In this document: positions 1-9,202 of the stretch, in pieces
Numbering within the stretch: position 1 is the first letter of the stretch
Layout: each line of letters opens with the position of its first letter
Assembly: GCA_965153285.1 (NCBI GenBank)
Contig: OZ229114.1
Length of the DNA stretch: 64,000 nucleotides
From: Podarcis tiliguerta
Taxonomy: Eukaryota
Reading direction: 5' to 3' (one strand)
Notes under the pieces: model-generated
Databases searched by the model: none
Seen by the model: only the letters and a program-made list of their open reading frames with translations
What the model was told of the DNA's origin: nothing
Translations under genes and position numbers: made by a program

Positions 1-79
1 CTGATGGGACAGGAGGACCCTCAGTTGCCTGGCACATCCTCAGGGTTTTTCCGTTCCCTGATGTCTCTGAAACGCAAAG
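1..79 (+). CDS. ARHGAP19: ARHGAP19 coding exon 2 (3' part; 5' end outside window)
   Basis: Frame 1 reads LMGQEDPQLPGTSSGFFRSLMSLKRK(E), matching the recalled ARHGAP19 motif SGFFRSLMSLKRKEKG; donor G|gtgagc at 79/80, phase 1. Confidence 0.93.
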
Positions 80-444
80 GTGAGCCTGATGTGTTGGCTA
101 AGATTTTCCCCTTAATTTTTTGATGTTAAGCCTTGGTATCCTGGGTACAGCCTCTGCTACGTGTCCCACATATGTGGCAACAACTCCAAGGAAGTATGTG
201 AAAACTTTTCTGGTCCAAGTACAGTGCAGACCAGCCCCTTATTAAAAGAAAATAAGAAGGGCAGTACAGGCAATTCTCATTTTACATGGGGGGTTCAGTT
301 CTGCGTGTGTTGGTGTAGCATGCGTAAGCCCATTCTACTCCCACTCTGTTCCACCCCCGTTCTTCCCCTTTTCAGGAAATCTTTATGATGCTTCAGGGCT
401 ACTTCTGGGTTTGGCGCTGTGTGCGTGATCATGCGCCATTCGGA

Positions 445-691
445 GAGAGCCAGTGTAGTGTTAAGAGCAGTAGTCTCGTAATCTAGGGAACCGGGTTTGC
501 GTCTCCGCTCCTCCACATGCAGCTGCTGGGTGACCTTGGGCCAGTCACACTTCTTTGAAGTCTCTCAGCCCCACTCACCTCACAGAGTGTTTGTTGTGGG
601 GTAGGAAGGGAAAGGAGAATGTTAGCTGCTTTGAGACTCCTTAAAGGGAGTGAAAGGTGGGATATCAAATCCAAACTCTTCTTCTTCTTCT
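445..691 (+). mobile_element. tRNA-derived SINE, Squam3-like, (CTT)n tail
   Basis: Near-identical to copies at 37992 and 62917; A/B-box-like head with a small deletion; CTT-repeat tail. Confidence 0.88.
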
Positions 692-1244
692 ACTGCTAAA
701 TCAGTCATTGCCTGTAAGACAATGACAATGTTTATTTAAATACTTGATTTACACAAGGGATGGGAAACCTGTGGCCCTAAGATGCTGCTGGACTCAAAGT
801 TGCATCAGTCCCAGCCAGCATGGCCAGTGATGATCAGGGATGATGGGAATTGTAGTCATCAATATGTGGAAGGCCTAGGTTCTCCAGCCATGGTTTTCTT
901 TATCATCCCTTTCAATTCCATTCTTATGGAGAACAAAGCTCTTGTTTCGGCAGCCATAATGGTGCCACCCATGCTAGAAGGTAGTATATGCATCTTTATT
1001 TTTTTTAAAGCAGGTTTAAAAAAAAGTCCTGAAACAGAAAGGGAAAACTGCTTGGGTGTGTGCTCCTATGGAGGGTGGGAAGAGGAGGTGGAAAGCAGCA
1101 GAGAGTGAGGAGGGTGTGGTGTGCAAAGATGCCTGCCCACAACATGAGATCCACTTTTGCGGGTAGTTTACTACATACAGCTGCAATAGTAACAGACTGT
1201 GCCTCTTGTTTCATCTAGAATAGGAGATCTGGGGAGAGACCTTA

Positions 1245-1420
1245 ACTTGGTGACAGAGCAGCGCTTTGCATTTGGAAGGTTCCACCTATAATCCCTGGCA
1301 TCTACAGTTAAAACTTATGTGAAAAATGTTTGCCTGAGATCCTAGGCAGCTGCTGCCAGCCAGACAAATAGTCTACTCTGATCTAGATGAGCAAATAGTC
1401 TGAGCAGTGTAGTCTATGCC
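1245..1420 (+). mobile_element. Old tRNA-derived SINE; related 3' fragment near 12040-12130
   Basis: Degenerate tRNA head (agagcagcgctttgcatttggaaggttcc...atccctggcatct) and gctgccagccagac...ctagatg body shared with ~12065. Confidence 0.5.
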
Positions 1421-1849
1421 TTATATCTTACCTAGAAAAGCAATCACTAGTTCAGCTGTCAACTGGTGTACCTTCTTCCTCCCATTGTGCTGCCTACACT
1501 TTTGGGTGTGCCAGGTTTGGATGAATGTTGTGCTCCCACCCATAAACATTTATGTTTAATTCTTTGGTCAGCTGGTCGTTCTGTGCTACTAGCAGGAAGA
1601 GGATTCCTATAGCTAAACTCTCCTGCTTCAGCTGGCTCTCAGTCTTGGTTCCCTTTGAAGATACCCTTATTTGTATCTCCTCTTCAAAGTCTTAACTGGA
1701 CCTATGTAGCTGCTAAGAGCAATGTTCCCAAGGTGTTGCTTAGAGATGCTGAGCAAGGAAACAGTCAGTTAAGTTGGGAGAAAGATCTGGTAGACAACCA
1801 GCCTTGGACTCTCAACCTGCATTTCTACTTGTTTCTTTTCTGGCAAATT

Positions 1850-1932
1850 TATTTTGCTGGAAGACGATCAGAGTGGCTGGGGCAACCCAGTCAGATGGGT
1901 GGCATATTATTATTATTATTATTAATTACTAT
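1850..1932 (+). mobile_element. L2-clade LINE extreme 3' end
   Basis: CAGAGTGGCTGGGGCAACCCAGTCAGATGGG followed by (ATT)n. Confidence 0.7.
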
Positions 1933-3360
1933 TCATCTTCATCATCATCTAGGGACATATTCCTTCCAAACTGAATTAAAATATGCAGCCCTTATTTCCC
2001 ACTGCAATATAACTTACAAAGGTTTCCATCTTGCCCTGGCAACAAAGTAATTAACGTCACATTTAAAGGATGAAATGTGAGATTGCTTGAACAATCCTTT
2101 ACCTGCCTAAATATGACTACAAATATCAGTCCAAATATCTAAGATGTAGTTTTTCTACAGATGTTCTATGCCCTAGGAATATTGGGGTGGGAGGGAGTAG
2201 GCTTAATGAAAGAAAGAAGAACTTTTGGGTTGGGGGGATGGAAACATGCAGGGTGATGTTATAATGCTGGAGAGAAGAGGGATGAATTTGGAGGAGATTA
2301 CTGGAAGGTGAATGATAAAGATTTGGGTGGAAGAAGGATTTTAGATATGAGCAATAATTTTGCATGGTGTGTAACTGGATGTGCGCACACGTCATGTGGC
2401 CCTTGAAGGGGTGTCCAGCCCTCAATGCCAAATAAAGTTAGCCACCCTGTTCTGGGGTATTTTCCTGTAGTGGGGAGGGGATCCTTGGATAGCTTGTCCC
2501 TCCCACTTGCTCCACTGGGCAGAATTATTCAAATGAGATAGCTCGTACCTTCCAGTGGGAGGGTGACCCCTTCAGTTCCTTCCTGTCTAGCTCCTTGTGC
2601 AGGAAGAATGTCATGGGACTGGCAAATTGATTCCCTTTGTGGCCATGTATCAAAATTCATTTTTACTTTAATGTCAATCACATATTGGAAGTTACCATGT
2701 TTTTCTATTCCCCTTTAAAGCTGCTAAATGTATATGGCAGTGTTCTGCTAATGCTTCCTTCCACCCCTCCTCTGCCATGTGCTCCCCACACTCTCCCCAG
2801 AACTGCTCCAGAGAAGTGAGGGAACACATTGAACAGAATTCGGGGCATGTGAGGAGAGAAGAGAAACATCAGCCTACAGGTATCTAAATGGAGTTCCATG
2901 TGCTGAGACTGTGTACCTATGAATTCCAGATGATGGAGACAAATAGGGACAACCATAATTGCTATGAAACGTTCAATTAGGCCTGCTGGAAACAGAATGC
3001 TTGTCAAGATGGACTTTGGGTTTGCTCCAGGAAGTTAGTTTTTATATATTGCCTATCCTTCTGTGGAATCTGTTCCTTTGGGTCATTTTGAAACAGATCC
3101 AAGTTTAGAAAACCCAAGTATCTGTTTTACAGCATACTTTCCTTTCCAGATCACAGTAAGAGTTTTTTGTTTGCTTTTTAAAAAAAACCTGAGGAGATGA
3201 GGAGTTGCATTTGCAAGAGAAAGGGTCGAAGTGAACACACAGTGAACTGGGGCTTTTTAATTCTGCCTTTTCAGTATAGTATGGAAATATTTGCACATTT
3301 CTGGGACTCACAACAGTTGATGATGTTGGCTACTCATTATCTCCTCCTTTTCATCTCTAG

Positions 3361-3441
3361 AGAAAGGGGTGGTTTTTGGAGCTCCACTGACTGAAGAAGG
3401 TATTGCTCAAATATCTCAACTGATAGAATATCTGCATAAGA
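3361..3441 (+). CDS. ARHGAP19: ARHGAP19 exon 3 (81 bp)
   Basis: Pyrimidine tract + tag acceptor; (E)KGVVFGAPLTEEGIAQISQLIEYLHK; donor gtaagt; phase 1-1. Confidence 0.95.
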
Positions 3442-3768
3442 GTAAGTGGTTTGTGGTTTCCTTTCTGTCTTTGTTTAGTCAAGGATAGTGGACTGGTCTG
3501 ATGGCACAGATTTAACTCACTTCTGAACTGAGGAAGTCCTAGGAGCTATGTGATTCTAGACACTAACCTTTTCCTGCCACCCCCCCACCCCCCATATCAA
3601 ATGTTTAGTGATTTTTTTGTACTAGACCTCTGTAGGATATTCAGATAATGCTGCAGGAAGAAAAGGAAAGTATAAAAGGTTAAGAAGCTTTGTCAATATA
3701 CTAGAAGAGGACAACATTTTATCTAACATATTCTTGATACCCCTTTTGTCTTTCTTCTCATGGTGCAG

Positions 3769-3978
3769 ATCTGCGGGTGGAAGGCTTGTTCCGAGTGCCA
3801 GGAAACAGTACCAGGCAGCAGAACCTGAAAGAAGCCTTGAACAGTGGGACAGAAATCGACTTGGATTCAGGGGAGTTTCACTCCAATGATGTGGCCACTC
3901 TGCTGAAGATGTTCTTGGGAGAATTACCAGAGCCTTTGTTGACCCATAAACATTTCCATGCACACCTCAAAATTTCAG
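3769..3978 (+). CDS. ARHGAP19: ARHGAP19 exon 4 (210 bp), RhoGAP domain with catalytic arginine finger
   Basis: (N)LRVEGLFRVPGNSTRQQ...DVATLLKMFLGELPEPLL...HLKIS; EGLFRVPG arginine-finger motif; cag acceptor, gtgagt donor. Confidence 0.97.
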
Positions 3979-4281
3979 GTGAGTCAGCCTTGGAGGGAAG
4001 TGGGAACCAGCCCACAGGATGTTAACATCAATAATTTGGGGTTTGCCTTGTTCAGTGATAAAGCTGTTGGGTTAGGATCAGAGAAAGGCCTACTTCCTCT
4101 GCCCATGTCATAATAGGAATATATAAGCATGAAACCTTTGGGATTTCTGATTTATGCTGAGGAAATGAAGAGTGCAAAGGAGTGTGATGGCAAGTTGGGA
4201 ATGGGCAGTTGATAAAATAGTGTATAGTTTCCTGAAATGTGTGTGCAGCTGAAGTTTCTTGAGATGTTTTCCTGTTAATAG

Positions 4282-4508
4282 ATCTGATGCAGTTTGATGA
4301 CAAGGGCAACAAGACCAACATACCCGATAAGCAGCGTCAGATTGAAGCACTGCAGCTCCTCTTCTTGATCCTGCCAGCCCCCAATCGCAGCCTGCTCAAA
4401 TTGCTGTTGGATCTGCTTTATCAGACAGCCAAAAAGCAGGACAGGAACAAGATGTCAGCTCATAACCTGGCTCTTATGTTTTCACCTCACATTTTGTGGC
4501 CTCGAAAT
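4282..4508 (+). CDS. ARHGAP19: ARHGAP19 exon 5 (227 bp), RhoGAP domain
   Basis: (D)LMQFDDKGNK...NKMSAHNLALMFSPHILWPRN; tag acceptor, gtaagt donor; phase 1-0. Confidence 0.97.
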
Positions 4509-4691
4509 GTAAGTGGTGTTAGATTTTTAGGCAGCAGTACAAAAAAACAGTCTGGGAAGGAGTTCATCTGTCCTATCCCAGATTGGCTGCTGTGTCCTAA
4601 CTCCTGAAAATAAACCTACCTCTACCAGGGAGCTTGCATCTTACCTACACTCTCCTATCAATTCTGCTTTGGTGTTTCCCACTATTGCCAG

Positions 4692-4778
4692 GTGACAGCC
4701 AGTGACCTACAGGAAAACATTCCCAAGCTAAATAACGGGATGGCTTTTATGATCAAGCACTCGCAGAAGCTCTTCAAG
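4692..4778 (+). CDS. ARHGAP19: ARHGAP19 exon 6 (87 bp)
   Basis: VTASDLQENIPKLNNGMAFMIKHSQKLFK; cag acceptor, gtaggt donor. Confidence 0.96.
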
Positions 4779-5484
4779 GTAGGTGCTTCAAAAGGAAGGG
4801 ACAATCTCTTTCTCTCTTTTAGTATCTGCTTAGCAAATGTCTCAGGCTGTCCCCTCCTGGGGGAAAATATGTTCTGTGCACAGTCCTGACACTGTCAAGC
4901 CTGACATCTTTTTATCTATTACTTCCTTGGAGGTGCTATGTACTGTGCCTGCTCTCTTTGCTGGGTAGATCACAAGTGGCACTGATATGTGAAAACAAGG
5001 CCTCCTGTTCTAAATGGCAAGATATCCTGCACATGTGAGTGTCCTTGTAGTTAGCGTGCCAAACTCTGCCTTAACCAGGCAGTGCCCCTTTCCTGATCAG
5101 TTACTATCATGGCCTCTGAGGCTGCTCTTTGGGTCCTCATCTGTCCCTCTTTGCCATTTAGCTTAATAAATATCCCTATTCATGGCTAAAATCTCTAGAA
5201 AACTAGGCAGGTTCACATTAAATTGTCAAAAAGTGAGACTCCTAAAGCATCTGGTAGCATACACCATATCTGAGATTATAAAGGACTGAATGTTTGCCCT
5301 GGGTGACCCTCCTACCTATAAAGGAAGCACGCTTCAGAAGATTTTGCATGGATTACATTCAAAGTTGAAGTTGATGGTCTGGTGGGGTGAGTGCCTGGAG
5401 CAACTGCTATAGGATGGAACCTCAGAGGTAGGGAGACTTCAGCTTAATTGTGTCTGACTCCTTCTGTTTCACTCTCCTTCCAAG

Positions 5485-5550
5485 GCTCCTTCATATATCC
5501 GGGAATGTGCAAGGCTGCATTACTTGGACTCCAGAACACATGCCTCAAAG
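5485..5550 (+). CDS. ARHGAP19: ARHGAP19 exon 7 (66 bp)
   Basis: APSYIRECARLHYLDSRTHASK; long pyrimidine tract + aag acceptor, gtaaga donor. Confidence 0.95.
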
Positions 5551-6017
5551 GTAAGAGCAGTCCATGACATTGGTCATGAAAGGGAGCACCCAACATGGGA
5601 ACCAGCAGGTCTGCAAACTGATGACTAAAACAGTCTTGTTCATGAGAATTTCCAATAAGGGATTCTTCGGGGGAAATCTATTCCTTAGGAAGGCAGAAAA
5701 GATGTAATTAGACCCCAGTTTTGCCACTTGGACTGCTACATATTTTAACCTAAAATTCTAGAGAATGGAACAAATTCTCATTTAACTGTCAAAAACAGGA
5801 CAACATTTAGTATAGCACATGCATATTTTGGGGAGAGAGGGAAAAGATCGGGCCCTCAGCTGTTCGCCCACGTCTGTCTTTGCTACTGGATATGAAGCTC
5901 AGACTACCTTTATTAGTGTGATGAAAGGCAAGATAGCTATCATTGGGAATGGGGTGCTAATGGTCTTTATAGGATAAAACAGCCTGAAGTGCAGAGTGTT
6001 CTTCTGTATTTTTGCAG

Positions 6018-6209
6018 GATGATTTGGACTTGCCTGTGCCCCGGAATTTCAAAGACTTCCAGCTTCTGAAATTCAAGAAGCGAGGACTGGTGGATCCCTC
6101 TGCCCACCAAGAAGACACACAGCAACATACAGAAGAAGCACTGAAAGAGCTCTTCCACCATGTTCATAATATGCCAGACTCTGCCAAGAAAAAGAAGCTC
6201 ATTCAACAG
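6018..6209 (+). CDS. ARHGAP19: ARHGAP19 exon 8 (192 bp)
   Basis: DDLDLPVPRNFKDFQL...HTEEALKELFHHVHNMPDSAKKKKLIQQ; cag acceptor, gtagaa donor. Confidence 0.95.
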
Positions 6210-6348
6210 GTAGAAGGGAGACTTGGGTAACTGACTGGAGCAAAGAGGCATGAATGGGGCTTTGTGCTTGGAATGGGAACCAGGATCAGTCTTTGGGACA
6301 GATGGGCAATGCTGCAGAACTAATCATGCTATAAAGTGTGTGTTCTAG

Positions 6349-6447
6349 TTTCAGAAGCACCCTGAAGCTCTCACTCCTCAGGCAGGTGTACCCACACCCC
6401 GGACCCAGAAGCGGGCTCGCACTCGTTCCTTCAGTGGCTTAATCAAG
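6349..6447 (+). CDS. ARHGAP19: ARHGAP19 exon 9 (99 bp)
   Basis: FQKHPEALTPQAGVPTPRTQKRARTRSFSGLIK, matching recalled KRARSRSFSGLIK; tag acceptor, gtatgg donor. Confidence 0.94.
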
Positions 6448-6676
6448 GTATGGCTCTTTCTACCATTAACAATAACTTCAGCTGCAGTGGTGCTGCTCAA
6501 GTTACTTCTCGCTGGTGTACATATCGGGCATATTGTCTGCTGTCCAGATGCATAAGCTTTCTGATGGTATGGGGTGTACATATTCAGGCTTCCATAAATA
6601 AGCCCTATTCTGTTCTGTTGCCTTTTTCTTTTCGTTCCCCAGTCACAATCCCAGTGTTTTCCTTTTCTTCATACAG

Positions 6677-6787
6677 CGTAAGGTGCTGGGGAGTCAAGGG
6701 TCTTTGGATAAAAAAGGGAAGGATGCAGTTTTGGAATCAGCAGGCATGAAAGAGCAGAAGCACGGCAGCAAGGAGAATGTTAGCATG
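6677..6787 (+). CDS. ARHGAP19: ARHGAP19 exon 10 (111 bp)
   Basis: RKVLGSQGSLDKKGKDAVLESAGMKEQKHGSKENVSM (RKVLG and SKEN as in the recalled orthologue); cag acceptor, gtaagg donor; phase 0-0. Confidence 0.92.
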
Positions 6788-8409
6788 GTAAGGCCAGCTG
6801 GAAGAACAATCACTGTGCACTCATGATGAGGTTGGTTCATGAAGTGGGTTGCTGCTAGCTATTGCCTGCAGTTCATATCTGTCTGCACTGATGTGGCACC
6901 CTAAATTATCCTGAGCACAACAGGAAGTCTGGGAATAAGCCTAAAGCTCTAGATGCATCACTCACATGACTAATGGAGCAGCCCTAAGCTGTGTTGGTGC
7001 TGGGGCCTGGAATATGCCACTGCTATGTGACTGGAATGGCTACTAAATGCAGTACCTGCTCAGCCCTGGACATGAGTGGGGAATGGAGGGAAGACACACC
7101 AGCCATGACCCCAACTTCCTTGGAAACACTGCTATTGTCCACCAGTTTCAGAATGTGGTAGAAATGATACCTCCCACGCTGCCCAGAAACAAAGGGAGCC
7201 AAACCACACTGGCTGGCTTGTGAGTGGAGCCATGCTAGCTACCACCATGCTTCCTCAATACACAGCATCCCAACATGTGAGCCTCAGTAGCACGGCTCCC
7301 AAGAGGCCCCAGGCAGATTTGGAGGAAGGGATCCAGCACCTCAAATACCCCACCCCAGATAGTTGCACACAACCCTCAGATCCCTGGCAGCCCATAGAAC
7401 CAACCCCCAACCACCCTGTGCCTGATGGCCTCTGCCTTCTGGGTAGCATCCCATCCCTCACTGACTGCCTCATATCCCCTGGCAGCAACACTCAGCCCCC
7501 TGGTGCATTCTCAGTGACCCATCTGTGGAGCCAGAGGAAACAGGAAGTGGGGGAGCCCGAGTCACATCCAACCTCCCTACCCACCCTCCTTCCGAGAGTT
7601 GCATCCTAAAGCCACTTGAACCTGATTCAACACTTATGGAACATTGATTTTTTTTTTTATTGAATGGCACCTGATAGAGTGGATCTGAAAAGATAAAGAG
7701 GCATGTACATGGTTACTGACCAATCATCCCAGCAGAGTTTTTTGCTGAGTGGCCAACCCTACAGAGGAGCAACTGGAAGGGAAATTTTCTGTGCCATGTT
7801 TGGTATAAAGATGTACTGTTGATGTTGACATGGATGTGTATTGAAGGGGTACGGGGTCCAGCATAAGTGCTGCTTGTCTCTGTTGCCCATAGCTGTGACG
7901 CTTTCCAGATACGTATGTCACTGGCTGAGCGTTCTGCCAGCATATCTGTGGTGGCAGTGACACATGTGGCATTCTTCCATTGCAGCAGGGTTTCCACTGA
8001 ATCCTGTAACCCCTGATCCAGTAGGAGTGAGCCCTAAGCCCATCTGCCCTGCTGATCTTAGGTAGTTGAACACTTTCTTTCCCAGTGTAACAAAAGGCTG
8101 TTTCTTTCCTTTCCAAATCTGGGGAATTGAACTTGATGCCTCTGCTTCTATTGGCTGATGGCCATTTTTGCATTTGGATGCTCCTTCCTTCTGAATTAAG
8201 GCTCCATATTTTTTTTCTGGAGCAGCTTAATTTCCAGAAGTTTGGCAGACAAGTGTGTGACACGGCAGGCTAGTAAATCTATGCAGCATGAGTAAGATCA
8301 TGTTAGAAGTTGACTTGAATTTAGGCAGGCCAGTTGCTGGCAACTGAACCATCCTATCTTAGAGAGTGACAGCAAGGTTCAGAGGTTAGAGTTTTCTCAT
8401 CTTCCCTAG

Positions 8410-8496
8410 TTACAGAAACCTGCTTCCTCTCCAGCCATCAATGTGATTTGAGCAAGTCTTAGGTCCCCTGAGGACAGGAAAGGGGAGTTCAATTCT
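8410..8496 (+). CDS. ARHGAP19: ARHGAP19 penultimate exon 11 (87 bp) containing an in-frame TGA at 8449-8451
   Basis: Strong acceptor ttttctcatcttccctag; LQKPASSPAINVI*ASLRSPEDRKGEFNS aligns without gaps to recalled human SPAVTMTPTRLKWSEGKKE; donor gtatgt; phase 0-0. Confidence 0.75.
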
Positions 8497-8600
8497 GTAT
8501 GTATACATTACCATGTATAAGCAGCAGCAGCAGCTTGCAATCTCATGTTCTCCGTTTTGGTATGAAGCCTATGGACTTACAGAACTGCCTTTTGGAATAA

Positions 8601-8757
8601 TAGAATCATAGAATTGTAGAGTGGGAAGGAATCCCAAGGGTCATCTGGTCCAGCTCCATGCAATGGAGGCATCCTCTCCACAGCCACCCCTGGGTGGGCC
8701 TGAACCATCAACCTCTGGTTAACGTCCAGACACATTGACCCTTTGCACCACAGAGGC
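8601..8757 (-). mobile_element. tRNA-derived SINE with CR1-type tail (antisense)
   Basis: TAGAATCATAGAATTGTAGAG is the reverse complement of a CR1 ATTCTATG tail; reversed B box (tgaacc) near 8700. Confidence 0.65.
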
Positions 8758-9145
8758 TGCAAAGATCCTTTTTAAGTGTGTGATGTGTGTCTATAGCTTG
8801 ATGCCTAAACTCATTGCCAAGAATTAACCAAGAAGCTGCTGTCAGGATGGTTAACTTTTATCAGACAGATAAAACTAGTGAATAGATTTGAAGTGTTAAT
8901 GTTAGTCCTCAAACTGCCTTGAGTAGGCTATTTCTGTTGGCAGCATCCGTGAATGAAAGGAAGATGTATAGAGAAGCAACCAAGCTGTAAGAGTGGGTTA
9001 AAATGGTCATTAGCCTTAAATCTGGTCTTCTCAACAGGAAGCAGAGGTGTAATGTGGCGAAATGTGTCCGTGGCTTCCTATCCTTTCCTAATGCTTGCAA
9101 GCACAGCTCAGTACAAATGTACTAATTATTCTCCTTCTGGTACAG

Positions 9146-9202
9146 GACTCCCGTAAATATACTCGATTCCATGGTTCCTCGACAAAGGAGTCTTCCATTT
9201 GA
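9146..9202 (+). CDS. ARHGAP19: ARHGAP19 last exon, ancestral coding part (DSRKYTRFHGSSTKESSI*)
   Basis: Branch-like ctaat, pyrimidine tract and cag acceptor; phase 0 matches the exon 11 donor; ends in TGA at 9200-9202. Coding only if the 8449 TGA is absent or exon 11 is skipped. Confidence 0.65.
   Translation, partial: DSRKYTRFHGSSTKESSI

Noticed and set aside
483-674. Repeated similar minus-strand ORFs (MDLISH...; also 37892 and 62888)
   Set aside because: Antisense translations of the same SINE, not a gene family.
7220-7609. 129-aa proline-rich ORF in ARHGAP19 intron 10
   Set aside because: Starts at a GTG that is a candidate splice donor, has C-rich composition bias and no recognisable domain.
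8449-8451. Selenocysteine or programmed readthrough at the in-frame TGA
   Set aside because: The position is not a Cys in the recalled orthologue, no SECIS could be identified by eye, and the 3' context is not CTAG; a SECIS search of 9203-11400 would settle it.
8944-8987. Alternative ARHGAP19 exon candidate (cag...gtaaga)
   Set aside because: Immediate stop in the required phase 0 and no similarity to the orthologue.
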